Positions 36,291 through 49,150 of a stretch of DNA of 64,000 bases are shown here, one piece after another. Below the pieces are notes generated by a model. That model saw only the letters and a program-made list of their open reading frames with translations. It did not search any database and had not been told where the DNA came from. Each line of letters begins with the position of its first letter. Position 1 is the stretch's first letter. This DNA is from the human T2T-CHM13v2.0 reference genome, Homo sapiens, in NCBI RefSeq assembly GCF_009914755.1, contig NC_060947.1; one strand, given 5' to 3'. The translations under genes were made by a program, and so were the position numbers.

Positions 36291-36790
36291 TATATGCATT
36301 TCCCATTGCTGCTGTGACGAATGGCCACAAACTTAATGGCTTTAAATAACACAGATCTATTCCCTTATAGTTTTGGAGGTCGGAAGTCTTAAATCAGTTT
36401 CACTGGGATAAAGTCAAGGTATTGGCAAGGCTGTGTTCCTTCTGGAAGCTCTGGCAGTTAATCAATTTCCCTGCCTTTTCCTCCTTCTGGAGTCTTCCTT
36501 GCATTCCTTGGCTTGTGACCCTTCTTCCATCTTCAAAACTGGCAACATAGCATCCATCATTACATTGCCTTATCCTCATCTATTATCCAATCTCCCTCTG
36601 TCTTCCTCTTATAAGGACACTTGTGATAACATTTAGGCCCCACCTGAATAATCCAGGATAATTTTCCCATCTCAAAATCCTTAACTTAATCACCTCTGCT
36701 GTAAAGTCCCTTTTGCCATGTAAGGTAACAGTCACAGGTTCTGGGATTCACACATGGATGTCTTTGGGGGCTATTATTCAGCCTACCACA
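36291..36790 (-). mobile_element. MLT1C/D-type solo LTR
   Basis: TTGCTGCTGTGAC...ATAATCCAGGATAATTTTCCCATCTCAAAATCCTTAACTTAATCAC...TTATTCAGCCTACCACA; 5-bp TSD AACCT/AATCT. Confidence 0.92.
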
Positions 36791-36888
36791 AATCTCTAAT
36801 TGAAATTTAGCATTTCCTTACATTAGAAATGTAGACAACAACCTATAGTAGGAGTACCTGGAACTTTGTCACCAATAGAAATCACAGA

Positions 36889-36920
36889 CAATAAATGTTC
36901 ATTTGAATTGAAAAAAAAAG
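36889..36920 (+). other. 32-bp poly(A)-tailed orphan retro-insertion
   Basis: C-AATAAA-15 nt-A9-G flanked by perfect 12-bp direct repeat AGAAATCACAGA (36877-36888, 36921-36932). Confidence 0.75.
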
Positions 36921-37012
36921 AGAAATCACAGATATTTTCCATATTATATTACAGTTTTTGCAGATATCTCAAATTTATGTAAGTCATTATACCTACCACC
37001 AGATCTTGTTAA

Positions 37013-37366
<354 letters not shown>

Positions 37367-37634
37367 AATACAAATGGTTTTTAAAAATAATCTTATATAT
37401 TTTACTGTATGCATTCGAAACTTAAATCTGAGACTCTTTAGCTTCATCAAACTGGCATAAAACCTCTGCCCTAAAGCACTGTCTCCATCAGCATGGTTGA
37501 TCCGAGGTTGAAGCCTTATCTGGCTCTGGCCTGAAGGAAGCAGGACAAGAGCATGGAAGAGGCCTACTCAATGTCTTTAGGCCTAGGCATGGAAGGACCA
37601 CACATTATTTCTATTCACGTTTTATTTTCAGGAA

Positions 37635-37777
37635 CCTCAACATGCATCAGAATACCCTGCAGGTCTTGTTAAAATGCATACTGTGAGCTCTGCCCCCAGA
37701 GTTTCTGATTCACTGAATATGGGAATTTGTATATCTAACAAGCTCTCAGGTGATGCTGATGTTTTTAGAACCACTGG
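37635..37777. mobile_element. MER5A fragment
   Basis: TGCATCAGAAT...CTTGTTAAAATGCA...CCCCAGAGTTTCTGATTCA...TCTAACAAGCTCTCAGGTGATGCTGATG...AGAACCACTG. Confidence 0.8.
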
Positions 37778-38714
37778 TCTAGAGCATAGTCACATGGTCA
37801 CAAATAACTGCAAACAATACTAGCAAACGTGTCGCCAGGCAATTATGTTTAAATACACTGTAGCTGTACAGAGGGGCTCAAATGTAAGAACATGACAGAG
37901 GCCTTCGATGTGTCTGGCAACAACTTTATTACTGTGGAAGAAGGGGACAATGGATTTTGGTGGCCAGCTGTTAGCCTCCGCCACAATGCCCTTCTGCCCT
38001 GACCTGACTTCCCATGACTTATGTAGAAATCCGGGGCTCCTACTCAGATGCAGATGTGCAGAGTGCATTTGTACAAGGAAAGGAAAAGGGATCTTTGATC
38101 CCATTCTGCTAACTCTGAGTGGTTGGAAGTATCAAGGAACATCTCTTTTGAGGCTTTCTGGGTGTATATTCATTCTCCATGCTGGGTCCCAGGAATGGTG
38201 TAGAAATATACAGTTCTTGAAGAAAGTTCAGTTATCTTCATTGGGTGGTATGCCTGTGTAGCGTAAGTGGGAAATCAGAATTCCACGTTGCTGTCATGAA
38301 TATAGGAAAACTCAGTAATCACTTGGTGCAACAAAATAGTAAAAATAGTAAAGATGAATGGGTGCAGGCTGCCAGTAAGACAGTATAACATAACCAAGTG
38401 GGTTAATATTATTGTGGGCAGGCTTCTACCATTCCCAAGGAAAGCTATTCTTTACATTAAGTATAAGGTAACTTGTAAGATCTTCTCTTACAGAGTCCCG
38501 TGTGCTGCCCAGGCACCACTCTGATTCAGCCAGATGATCTGTCTTGAGTGACTGTGCTGAGTGCTATGGTATTGTAAACAGACTTCCAGGAATACCAACC
38601 TGGCAAGGATCACTGTGGGAGTCTGAGAAAGTCTGAAATCTTAGCCTTTACATTGCCATCTACGAAATGTAGATTGTATCTTCAATCCTGAACAAGAGGC
38701 AATTTTGTCTATCA

Positions 38715-38935
38715 GAAAAGAGCACGGGTTCTAAAGTCAGGCTACCTGAGTTCAAACTGTAGAAACTTGGGGGCTTGGGTGAATCTCCTAGAGCCTCAGT
38801 TTCTTCATCTAAAAAATGGAGAGAATTATACTAATCTTATAGCACATGCGTAGAGACTTTAATTGCACTGGCGAAAATGGCTAGCCCAATGGCAATCCAT
38901 TGCAGAAACTCAATTATCATCAATGCTTTTCGTTT
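38715..38935 (+). mobile_element. MIR
   Basis: AAGAGCACGGGTTCT...CCTGAGTTCAAA...GAGCCTCAGTTTCTTCATCTAAAAAATGG. Confidence 0.75.
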
Positions 38936-41129
38936 GCTCCTATGCATTTCTTGTTTGGGGAGAGTTTGGGTATGCCATCACTGTAAGTGGAAGCAGAGTA
39001 ATGTTATTGAAATCAGTGGTATAATAAAAAATGTATTTAGAGCAGCAAGGGATTAACTATGAAAATAATAGCCTGAATATAGGTATTAAGCCCAAAATAA
39101 TGGGGGCGGGGGGAAGAACTTGTGCTAGGTTCTAAAGGCCTACTTACTAAGAAGGAAATATATCTTTTTACTCCCTGGTGTAAGTTATTTTCCTTAAAGA
39201 CTTAGACAAGGACTGTAAAGCTGGGGTTCTATTAGATAAAGCCCAGAGCTCTCCCTGTTCTTTCCTTAAACCAAATCTAATAGCTGGGCTTTGTCTGAGA
39301 AACTTCGTGAACTATAATTGTAATTTCAAGAATCACTATACCAAGAGCCCTTGAAACCACTAATGGAGAGAAATCTGGGTCTTTTTCTACATCCTGTGAT
39401 TTCCTTTCAGATCATTAAAGTTCTCTATAGAAATGGCAAACAGTTGTTTTGATTTGGATAGCAATGGCCCCAGACCAAAGGCTAGAAAGCACTCATCTGT
39501 ATACAGCCTGGCTAGAAATAGACATATGAGCGAGAAATTTTTCCCCAACAAGCTCTTTAAGCTGCCTATGCTGGAGCTGATTAATTCAGGAGAGCAGAGT
39601 CCAGGAAAATGCTTTTCATTCCAGTTAAGCTCTTTCTGGCTCTCTCTTCCTTCCTCAATTCAAGGAGTCTGAAGATGCATTTTCTAAAGCATCCTAGTCT
39701 CTCTTATACAGAGAGGGGTGTTAAATCCCACAAAAGGAATGCAGACATGGTTCCTTCTAGATGGCTTTTGACGCAAAGGGGTTTCTATCTTTCAGTGTCC
39801 TCGAAAGGTGAGGAAAATTCTGATTTCTGTAACATTGGAGATAAATCAGAGCAGACAGCTATCAGTGGTGGGAAACTGGAACAACAACAACAAAAAACAA
39901 GAAATGTTTCTGGGGCAACACCATTTTCCGTCTGTGTATTCTTCCTAGACTAATCTCTCCCTTAGTTGCCCAGTTTGAGTAATAATATGTCCTTGGTGCT
40001 GAGCAAAGCAGGTTGATTTCATCTATTCTGCTTTCTGTGTTCCTCTTGTGGGGAGGGCAAGACTGTAAAATGATGGTGGGGATAGTAAATTTTTGTTATT
40101 TATTGGCAGGACTTTCTATGCCCTTTACTAAAAGCTCTCATTGGGAGAAGCCAGCAGCAAGGAGGAAAGTATTTCTTTAGCATAGTTGTCATTTTTCAGT
40201 GAATGGAATGTAGTTAAAAAGGTCATAAATGCTGCCTCTACCTATTCACAGAGTAGTATCATCACAAGTGCCAATATTTCATATTGAAGTTAAAATCAAT
40301 TAATTCTTTAAAATTTCCTGTTTTTGAGTAAGTGGTTACAATGGGGCTACCTTTCAGGATTATATTAATTGGAGTATCTGCAATCTTTAGAGGCTCATTT
40401 AAAAATTACCACCCTGAGGATCAAAGTGGTGGCATGTGCTTCCCAAATTATTGAAAGCTGGTTTCATGTCTGGCTGTAAAAATACAAATCGGCCTTTTTT
40501 ACTCAGTGTCGGCTCAGAGAGCAGCTGCTTATGATATAAAAAATATCACGGCTGGCTGGTTTACAGCATCTACTATAAATACAGGAATATTTTATTCATC
40601 TGAAGAAAACCATGAATTGGATCAAGACAAGTTAGAAAAAAAGGCAGAAGTTTAGATTTTAGTGAGTGTCACAAAACATGGACCAGGTGGAGGATTTGAG
40701 CCCTGAGCTGCTTTTCTGGCAGAAAACCCTCTCCCTCTCCACCCGTCTCCCCTCCCCTGCCTCTTGGGATTCTCCAGAGTTACCATCTTCCCAAAGAATT
40801 CATCTTCTCCAATAGATATTGTGTCTGGGGACTTGTGGGGAGAATAGGAGCCGTTGTGATGTGTGGAATAATTGAAATCATGGAATTTCCATACTATCAA
40901 GACTACTAAAAGCCACCTGAGATATTATCCAGTAGAAACCACTTCATGGCAGAAGCACCATGTCAGAATTCCACAGACAAGGTGAACAGCCAATTCTAAG
41001 GTCAGAAAAGTCACTAGATTATAAGATGAGCCATTTCATGTCAGGATATTAGACTATTTGTGTATTAGAATAAAATGCAATTCTCTATAACTTTCTTGCA
41101 TTGCATTGGCTTTGCTGCACATAATTAGT

Positions 41130-41960
41130 GGTTTATTTATATTCTGCCTCATTCTATGAAGGGTTTGAGGCATTTTGCAAAAATAAAATGTACACAGTAG
41201 CCAAAAAGAGAAAAAGAAAAAGTAGAGAGAATCAGGTAAAGAGATGATGAGGGTTAGAGAACCATACAGCCAGGAGCCATATTCAAACCAGAAATGTATT
41301 TTATATGGTCATTTACAGTTGTTGAAGGTGGCCTGAAATATGGCTCTGTATTTCCTAACAATCAGAGTGTGTTTTCTACACTGAAATGTAGGCTCCATGA
41401 GAGCAAGTATATGTGTCTGTTTTGTTCCCTGCTGTGTTCCCCGGGACCTAGACTAGTGACTGGCACTTAGCAGGTGCCAGTATTAGTATGCATTGAATGA
41501 ATGTTGAATGAAAAAAGAAAACGCAATCAACTATAAGATTTCAAATATTTGGTAAGATTAAAAAGAGTAAATTGTTCTGAAGAAGCAATTTCTGGAAAGC
41601 AAACTTGAGAATCAATTCCTCTGAATCCTCAAGTAGAGAACAGAAAGTCATGTAGTGAATGACATCCTTGACAATTTCCCCATAATCGGTAAAAGAATGA
41701 ATTTTCTCCACTATTTTTTGTAATGGTACTCGGCATCGGCAGAAGGTATAAGGCTGAAGTGCTGTTCAGTGGAAAGGAATTCTGCAAGATGACAAATAAT
41801 GAAATACAAGTCATTAAGGTTGTAACTCCAAGCTTTTCGAGGTACATGTATACATCCCCAGAGGGTTGTGTCTCTGTAGGAGATGAGCAAAGAGAAGAGC
41901 TTATGGGGTATGCAGCCACAGATTAAGCATGGCACATCATCCCAGGGTGTAAAATTTACT
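41130..41960 (-). mobile_element. Ancient LINE fragment (L4/RTE-like), containing an L2 tail at ~41370-41510
   Basis: TTTATATTCTGCCTCATTCTATGAAGGGTTTGAGGCA resembles recalled L4 terminus; L2 end GGCTCCATGAGAGCA...TGGCACTTAGCAGGTGC...TTGAATGAATG. Confidence 0.4.
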
Positions 41961-42039
41961 GGAAGATGGGAGGAGAGAGGGAAAGCAAGTAAATAGGTTA
42001 GTTCACAATTTCAGCCCTGGCTATTCAAACTGTGCATAG

Positions 42040-42172
42040 ACCTTTATCCAGGTGCCTGGAGGCTTCCTAGAAATTCAGAATCTCAATCTCTCCCCAAGAC
42101 CTCCTGAACTGAAACCTGCATTTTAACTAGATACCCAGGGGATTCATATGCATCGAAGTTTAAGAAGCACCT
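42040..42172. mobile_element. MER5-family fragment
   Basis: AGAAATTCAGAATCTC...CTGCATTTTAAC.AGATACCCAGGGGATTCATATGCA...AAGTTTAAGAAGCAC. Confidence 0.7.
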
Positions 42173-42564
42173 ATTTAATCCATTGTTTGTAAATTCACAG
42201 AGACATGAATCCATTGTGGAATAAAATGTAAAGTTTACATAACTTTTAAAGATAATATGAGAAACTTGAGAGAAATTTCTCACTATTAATTGGTGGTTTG
42301 GGGCCACACCTCTGGATGGCGGGAAAGATGTGAGAGCTCAGGCTCTGCTGTCCTTAGTGTAAAGATGGGAGTGTTTGAGAAGCATTACTCTCATTTGCTG
42401 ACAGCAAAAATGTAAACTTTTCAAGTATTTAAAGTTAATGCTGAAGTCCTCATCATCCTCCCTCCCACCCACCACCTCAAGTTTTTGTTTTATTTTTGTT
42501 TTTGTTGTTTTTATTGAATGCAATTCAATAATACACTCTCTGACCTGAATAATGTTCCATATTA

Positions 42565-42767
42565 GGTGACTGATGGAGGTTTCCTGACAAACTCACTCTC
42601 TAGAAACAAAAAGTCTTGATTTGCAGCATTTGCCAATTACAATGGTATAAATACTTTCACCATGGCCCATTTCAAGCTACCAAAGGTTTAACAACGAGCT
42701 CACAAAATTCCTCAATATTTAGCAATCTCTAGCAAGCAGGTACCAGCCAGCTCCAACACATCATTGG
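42565..42767. mobile_element. MER63A-like hAT-Blackjack MITE
   Basis: TGATTTGCAGCATTTGCCAATT...TAAATACT...CCATGGCCCATTTCAAGCTACC...CCAGCTCCAACACATCATTGG. Confidence 0.8.
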
Positions 42768-42849
42768 TTCCAGATTCTTTTTCCACTCTAGCTGCCTGTC
42801 TCAGATCCATTGCAGCTTGTCAGCCTGCCATGGTCTAAGTACAATAACC

Positions 42850-44350
42850 CAGACAGAGTCTGGTAGGTACCAAGTACAATGGAATTAGCCTTCTCATTAT
42901 ACTGTAATTAATGTAGTCCAAGATCACATTCAACACTTGGCAGCCATACACACTTTTGGCTCATGACGAGTTTACAATAAATTAAAGGTCCTAAGACTCC
43001 CCCCAACCACCACTACACTAATGTTAATCTATGTCTCTTTCATACTGCTCTCGCAGAATTTAATTTTTAAACAAAAGTACATGCATTTACATGCATCCTT
43101 ATTGCATTTAAGCTTGTTCATTTTAACTGTTCATTATAGCTTGCTGGGAACCCTCTGAATTCTGAGTCTGCCATTGGCCACTGAATCTACTCATCTCTAT
43201 CCTGCATCTCCTACAAACTTGCTGAGATTTCATCATAAGTGCTTATTATAGCCTTTGAGAAAAAGTAGAATAGGAAAGGGTTAAGGAGAAGGTCCTCACA
43301 ACAGTATTGAAGCTCTCCCTCAAAGATGACATTCAAGATCAAGCAGAATTCATACACCTATTCTATCACTCAGACCACATTCTTGGCTTCTCATCCACAA
43401 AATGTCATAATAGCCCTATCAAATACCTTGTTGAGATCCAGATACACAATATCTAAGCATTCTTCTTACTGACAATTTTATTAACAGTATCCAATGAAAG
43501 GGAAAGGGGGATTGAGTTTGGTTTTAGAAGGATTTCTTAATAATCATCACTTTCCATTTCAAGTGCTTCCAAATCAACTAGTTAGTAATACACTTATAAT
43601 TTTTCCAAGGACCAATGCCCAGCTCAATGGCCTGAACTATGGTGTTTTTACTCATTACTGGAAGGTTTCACTATTGTGAAAATGAACATAAGATTATTCC
43701 CAGTCGTAGGAAGAGAGGATGGAAGGGCAGCAAACTAGGCAGATACTGAAATCTTTAACCTGTGAGCAACTGAATGCCATGCCAATTCAGAAAGTCAGAT
43801 TCCAGAGTCAGACTACCTAGCTCAAATCCTGGCTTCACCACCTACTAACTATATATCTTTAGGCAAGTTCTTAACTTCTCTGTGCCTCTGTTCCCTCATC
43901 TGAAAAGTGAGGAGAGTTTTAGTTCATATCTTATAAAGTTGTTATGAAGAATCAACCAGTCAACATATGTAAAACACGCAGGACCAGAATCTAGCACCTA
44001 GTAAGTTCTATGTTTGCTGCTAGTACCATGGCCTTTTCAAGTCGGAAAATCCAGACATGCCAATTCTCCAGCATCTCTTCCCTTCTCCATTATTTTCCTG
44101 GTAACCAATTGTGGTCCTATTATCTCATCTGCATGTTCTTTCAGTGACCCCAGATATAACTTGCCCAGGCTTTGACATTTTAAATTATTCAAAACAATTA
44201 GGGGCTTTAAAAATATTGCTTAATATTTCTACACTTTATTCTTAAGTAGTTGAAGGCCTTGTACCAGAATACTGCTGAAGCCCCACATAAGACTTTGTCT
44301 TTGCTCTTCTTGCTCCTGTTTTAAGATGGCTTTTCTTAATGAAAACTGCA
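42850..44350 (-). mobile_element. CR1/L3 LINE reverse-transcriptase remnant (split by MIR ~43790-44020)
   Basis: Minus-strand translation of 43414-43462 gives ECLDIVYLDLNKVFDR, matching the CR1 RT motif VDVxYLDFSKAFD; heavily decayed. Confidence 0.75.
43790..44020 (+). mobile_element. MIR
   Basis: GAGTCAGACTACCTAGCTCAAATCCTGGCT...GGCAAGTTCTTAACTTCTCTGTGCCTCTGTTCCCTCATCTG. Confidence 0.85.
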
Positions 44351-44584
44351 GAAGCAAAATAAAATTGAGATTTGGGGTAAGCTGTCAATAAGATTTCAGG
44401 GAAAAAAAAGAAATAGAAAAATTCTCAAAGTAGTGAAAAGTAGCCTTAAGAAGTAATTTAAAGATCTGGCTTCTAGTCTTGCTTTCTGACACAGCAGTTT
44501 GATTGCAGCAAATGGCTTAACTCTTCTGAATGTTGGGTCCTTATTTGTCAGAGAGAGGTATTGAGTAGGATATTCTCCATGCTT

Positions 44585-44939
44585 GCTCTGTCCAATATGC
44601 TAGTAACTAGCCACGTGTGCTATTGAATGCTTGAAATGTGGCTAGTATGAATTGAGATGGCCGTAAGTGCACAATACATATCATATCTTGAAGAATTAAT
44701 ACCAAAAAGAATATAAACTATCTCATTAATGTTGTTTATGTTGATTACATGTGAAATGAGAATGTCTTGGACATATTGCATTAAATAATATATGCTTTTA
44801 AAATTTGCTTCCCCTGTTTTTTTCCACTTTTTAGAATGTGGCTACTGGAAAATTGTAAATTGCATTATATGTGCAATTATTGTAAATTGTAAATTGCATT
44901 ATAATGTGGCTTGCATTATATTTCCATTGGCCAGCACTG
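44585..44939. mobile_element. MER33 hAT-Charlie MITE (inside a MIR3-like remnant)
   Basis: CTGTCCAATATG...CTAGCCACGTGTGCTATTGA...TTGAAATGTGGCTAGT...TTATATTTCCATTGGCCAGCACTG. Confidence 0.88.
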
Positions 44940-45630
44940 TTCAATGGTATCTCTCTGTCCCAACCATATTATTCTGTAATATTCTGATTGTCTTGCATTG
45001 GTGATATTTTCCAAAGTCTGAGATGTCTATCAGTGAGAAGAGACACAGACAGCAAAATTTCTAGTGACATTCTTGAATGATTTCCCTCCTTTACTGCAGC
45101 CTGGGCAGGTAAGACTGACCTAGTTCCTGAAGGTGAATTACTAAAAACAACGCAGTAAAATCGCTGTTATGTTGCCCATTGCACAGAAATGTCAGCTGTT
45201 CCTTACTGTAACTCATTCCTACCCCAACTTTCAAGAGAATGTAGTAAAGACATTTACAATTTAAATTCCCAGTGAGGAATTGTTCAAACTACTTGAAAAA
45301 TATCTTACAGTTTATATCCTGACTCTCATTCTGGACCACTTACAAGAGGATGAAAAATTTGCGCTTTCATGTTGGTAGCTTGAATGCATTACAATGGTCC
45401 TAAAAACAGATAGAGACCATTTATTTTTAGTGACACCTATAGAACACGTTCATTTCCCTTCCAGGTAATCTTACACGGCCAAAGTTAACTTATAGTGAAG
45501 AGGAGTGTTTAGCTTTCTTTGCAAAGAAATTCCTGCCAAAACCAGTGAGGAAATTAGTGGAGAAGATCAGTAACATCAAACAAGTTAAACAACAGTGAGA
45601 ATGAGAATGAAAGTGAGGATGAGGACAAGA

Positions 45631-45690
45631 ATGTGTGTGTGTGTTTGTTTGTATCTGTGTGTGTGTGAGAGAGAGAGGGAGAGAGAGAGA
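45631..45690 (+). repeat. (TG)n/(AG)n compound microsatellite
   Basis: Direct inspection. Confidence 0.85.
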
Positions 45691-46375
45691 ATCTACACTT
45701 TAAAGAGCACTAAAATTTCAAAACATACTAGAAACATACTCAAAATAATACAGATAGGTATAAACCTGAATTCTCAGGGGGTTAATCCAGTGTCTTTGAT
45801 TTATAATCCCAAAGAAATAATTTGTTAAAATGTGAACTCCCATCTTCAACTTACATGCCTGAGGTCACAGGACCTGAGACTTTGGGTTTATTGTTGACAT
45901 TATGAATATGCAATCAAGATACTTTACATCCTGACTCTTAATAAATGCTTTTTCCTTAATTTACTTTAAGCCTGTTACCAAAATTTGTTGGACCCAGAGC
46001 ATAGTAAAGTAGGACTATATTACAAAAAAGTAATATTTCCAAGAAGAGAGAAATGAAAAACACAAACACAAAAGCTGTCCTTTAAAACACTAGACATTAA
46101 GAATATTCTACAATGAACCTATAAGTTTCTATTAAATCACCATCTTGACAACCAAAATTTATGCATCCAAATGCATAACAGACATTACATACTATTTTGG
46201 AATATTTTCACCCCTGTAGCTATGAATGATGAGCGTGCAGGGAGAAATAATGTCACAGCAGCCAGTAATATATAGGTTTGGGTCATAAAACAAAAAATCA
46301 AAACAATTTCTTGGTTTCCCCAAATAGAAGGCATTCTGTTTTTGCTTCTGGGTAGGGGATAAAAGTTAAAATGGA

Positions 46376-46734
<359 letters not shown>

Positions 46735-47644
46735 TCAAAATGTTGCCTTAAGCTACTCGAGGTCTTGCACATAAAATAAAATGGTTACACTGTTTTAATT
46801 GACATAGACTTGGCTAAGCTTGTCCTGTTTTCTGGGATTCAGATTCAATAAAGCCTTCCTGAGGAGCTGCAATGCTCTGAACATTAGCCACATAAATTGT
46901 CAACCAGGCCCTCCAACTCGCTGGGCTCACGCGCAGAGGGCCATTTGCTAGAGGTCGGAGCACACATATTGGCTCAGCAAATGCCCAGGGTAAAAGACAT
47001 TCTAGGTCCTGTTTATCCTTTGAGAACTGTTTGCCTTACATTATTTGCATGGGTGGCTATCTTTGCCATAAAACCCTTTTTGTTTGCTTTCTGGAATCAC
47101 TTCATCACCAGTGACAAACATTACAAAGCATTTTATGTGGATAGGATATCATCCTAGGAGCTGGGGCTATAAAGAGGAAGGAGACATAGGCTCAGCATTC
47201 AAGCAGCATATACTGTAACTGGGGAGAGGATCAGTCAAGGCCCAAAAAATATAAATAGTAATATAAGTATGGAGTGGGAGCAGACTTGCATCTTAGTGGG
47301 ACTCAAATGTGTATGGGCATGACCAGCAACGGGTTTGGTGGGCCTACAGGAAGCCTGTTTACATGAGTATTGAACAGCTGCTTAGAAAAAAAAAAAAATC
47401 CCCCCTAACAGAACTAAAAAAGGCCAGGAATAACATGCTCTTACCAGTAATAAAGCATAAGGGAATAATTTTCTGAGTGAAACCCAACAGCTATACTGTC
47501 TCTAACCCAGCCCTAAAGAAACATTGCTTGGATTCTAGAAAGCAAGCAAGCTGTAAGTAAACTTTTGCTTTCACTAAAATTCTGTAGAACATTAGAGAAA
47601 GAGCATGCTCTGAGACTTTTCTAACAGAATATAACAGACAAGAA

Positions 47645-47770
47645 CTATGGTAGCCATTATTGCTATTCTCCAAATATTTCCTGCTCTCATCTTATGGGCA
47701 TAAAAATTGGATTGCTTTTCTTGGCCCCATTGTGTTTGGGTGAGCCTGGTGACTACTTCTGGCAGGTAGC
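47645..47770 (+). mobile_element. MLT1 (H/I-type) LTR 5' fragment
   Basis: TATGGTAGCCATT...CTCCAAATATTTCCTGCTC...TTGGCCCCATTGTG.TTGGGTGAGCC.GGTGACT...TTCTGGC. Confidence 0.55.
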
Positions 47771-47774
47771 TGGA

Positions 47775-49150
47775 CATATGGAATAGTAAGAAGTTTAAAG
47801 ATCTAGGATTCTCATGTTAATCCCCACCAGAAAGCATCCATCCTCCATGAATGAGGCACTGAACAATCAAGTAGACAAAATAAACCAGCCAGATGGCATC
47901 AATCGGCCTTTGTCGCGGGCCACCAGATTTGGTACAATGGAAACAATGGAGTAGCCATGGTGGTAGAGATGGAGGTCACACTTGGGCCCAGGAAGAACCT
48001 ATTGCTGCCACCTGTTAGCAATATAGATCAATGCTGAGCCTTCAATATGGTACTTTTCCTTTAGGAGACTGGCCACTTGGTAGCAGTTGACTTTGTTGGA
48101 TCTCTCCCATCTTGGAAAATACTGCAATTCATTCCCTCAGGAATAGATACTCATTCCAAATGTGGGTTCGCCTTTTCTGCCTGCAGAGCCTGAGCCAGGT
48201 TTACTACCCAGGGACTTACAAAGTGCCTGATTTACAAGGATATAATCCCACATAACATAGCATCTGACCAGGATGCTTCATTTTGTAGCACAGGAAGTGG
48301 TGGAGTGGTCCGGGATCATGGGATCCACTGGTTGTGGAATTGCCTGTTGAGGGTACAACAGAAGTGCCACCTTAGAGGAAAGGCTCTGCGAAGATAGAGT
48401 GCCATCATCCAGAATTCAATACATATGCTGTATCAGAGACCTCTATATGGCATTGTATCCTCCACAGGAAGAACACATGGATCTGTGAACCAGGTTGGGG
48501 AAGCAGGGGTGGTCCCACTTGCCATTATTCTCAGTGATCCACTGGGGGAAATTTGTGCTTTTAGTCCTTTCAACTTTGGGCTCTGTAGAATTAGGATGCC
48601 CCAAAGTGGATGTACTTCTGCCACCTGTCTCCTTTCAGAGGACACAGCAGCTACAGCGGCTCCCTGGACATTTTGTGCTCTTTGTGTTTTGGGTCCAGCA
48701 GACCAATAGAGGGGTCACCATCTTGCAGGAATGGTTGACCCTGATCAGCAGGAGGAGGTAGGGCCACTTTTACACAATGGAGCAGGGAGGGACTCATTGG
48801 AACTCGGTTGTTTCACTTGGGTTCCCTGTGGTACTCCCTTGCCCAACCGTGACTGTGAATAGACATGTACATCAACCTCAGCCTGGGAAAGGAACAGTTA
48901 CCTGGGCTCAGACTCCTCGGAAATGAGGGTTTGGGCCTTATCACCAGCAAGCCACCAAGATCAGTAGAGGTGGTAGCTGAGGGGGAAGGGAATTTAGAAA
49001 TGATGCTGAAAAGGAAGATAACAAGTACCATTTGTTGCCCCAAGTCCAAGTCTCACTAATCTCTCTCTTCTAAGTTTCGCCTCAGAAAGAAAGACCCTAG
49101 CTCCCTGGACTATTTCCTAAACCTGTGTGGAGAAGTGGATTTGTGTGTCT
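47775..49150 (+). mobile_element. ERVL (HERV16-like) internal fragment: RNase H end, integrase, dUTPase; decayed
   Basis: EALNNQVDK near 47852; from 48086 VDFVGSLPSWKILQFIPSGIDTHSKCGFAFSACRA*ARFTTQGLTKCLIYKDIIPHNIASDQ (integrase core); 48711-48781 GVTIL/AGMVDPDQQEEVGPLLHNG (dUTPase motif). Confidence 0.88.
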
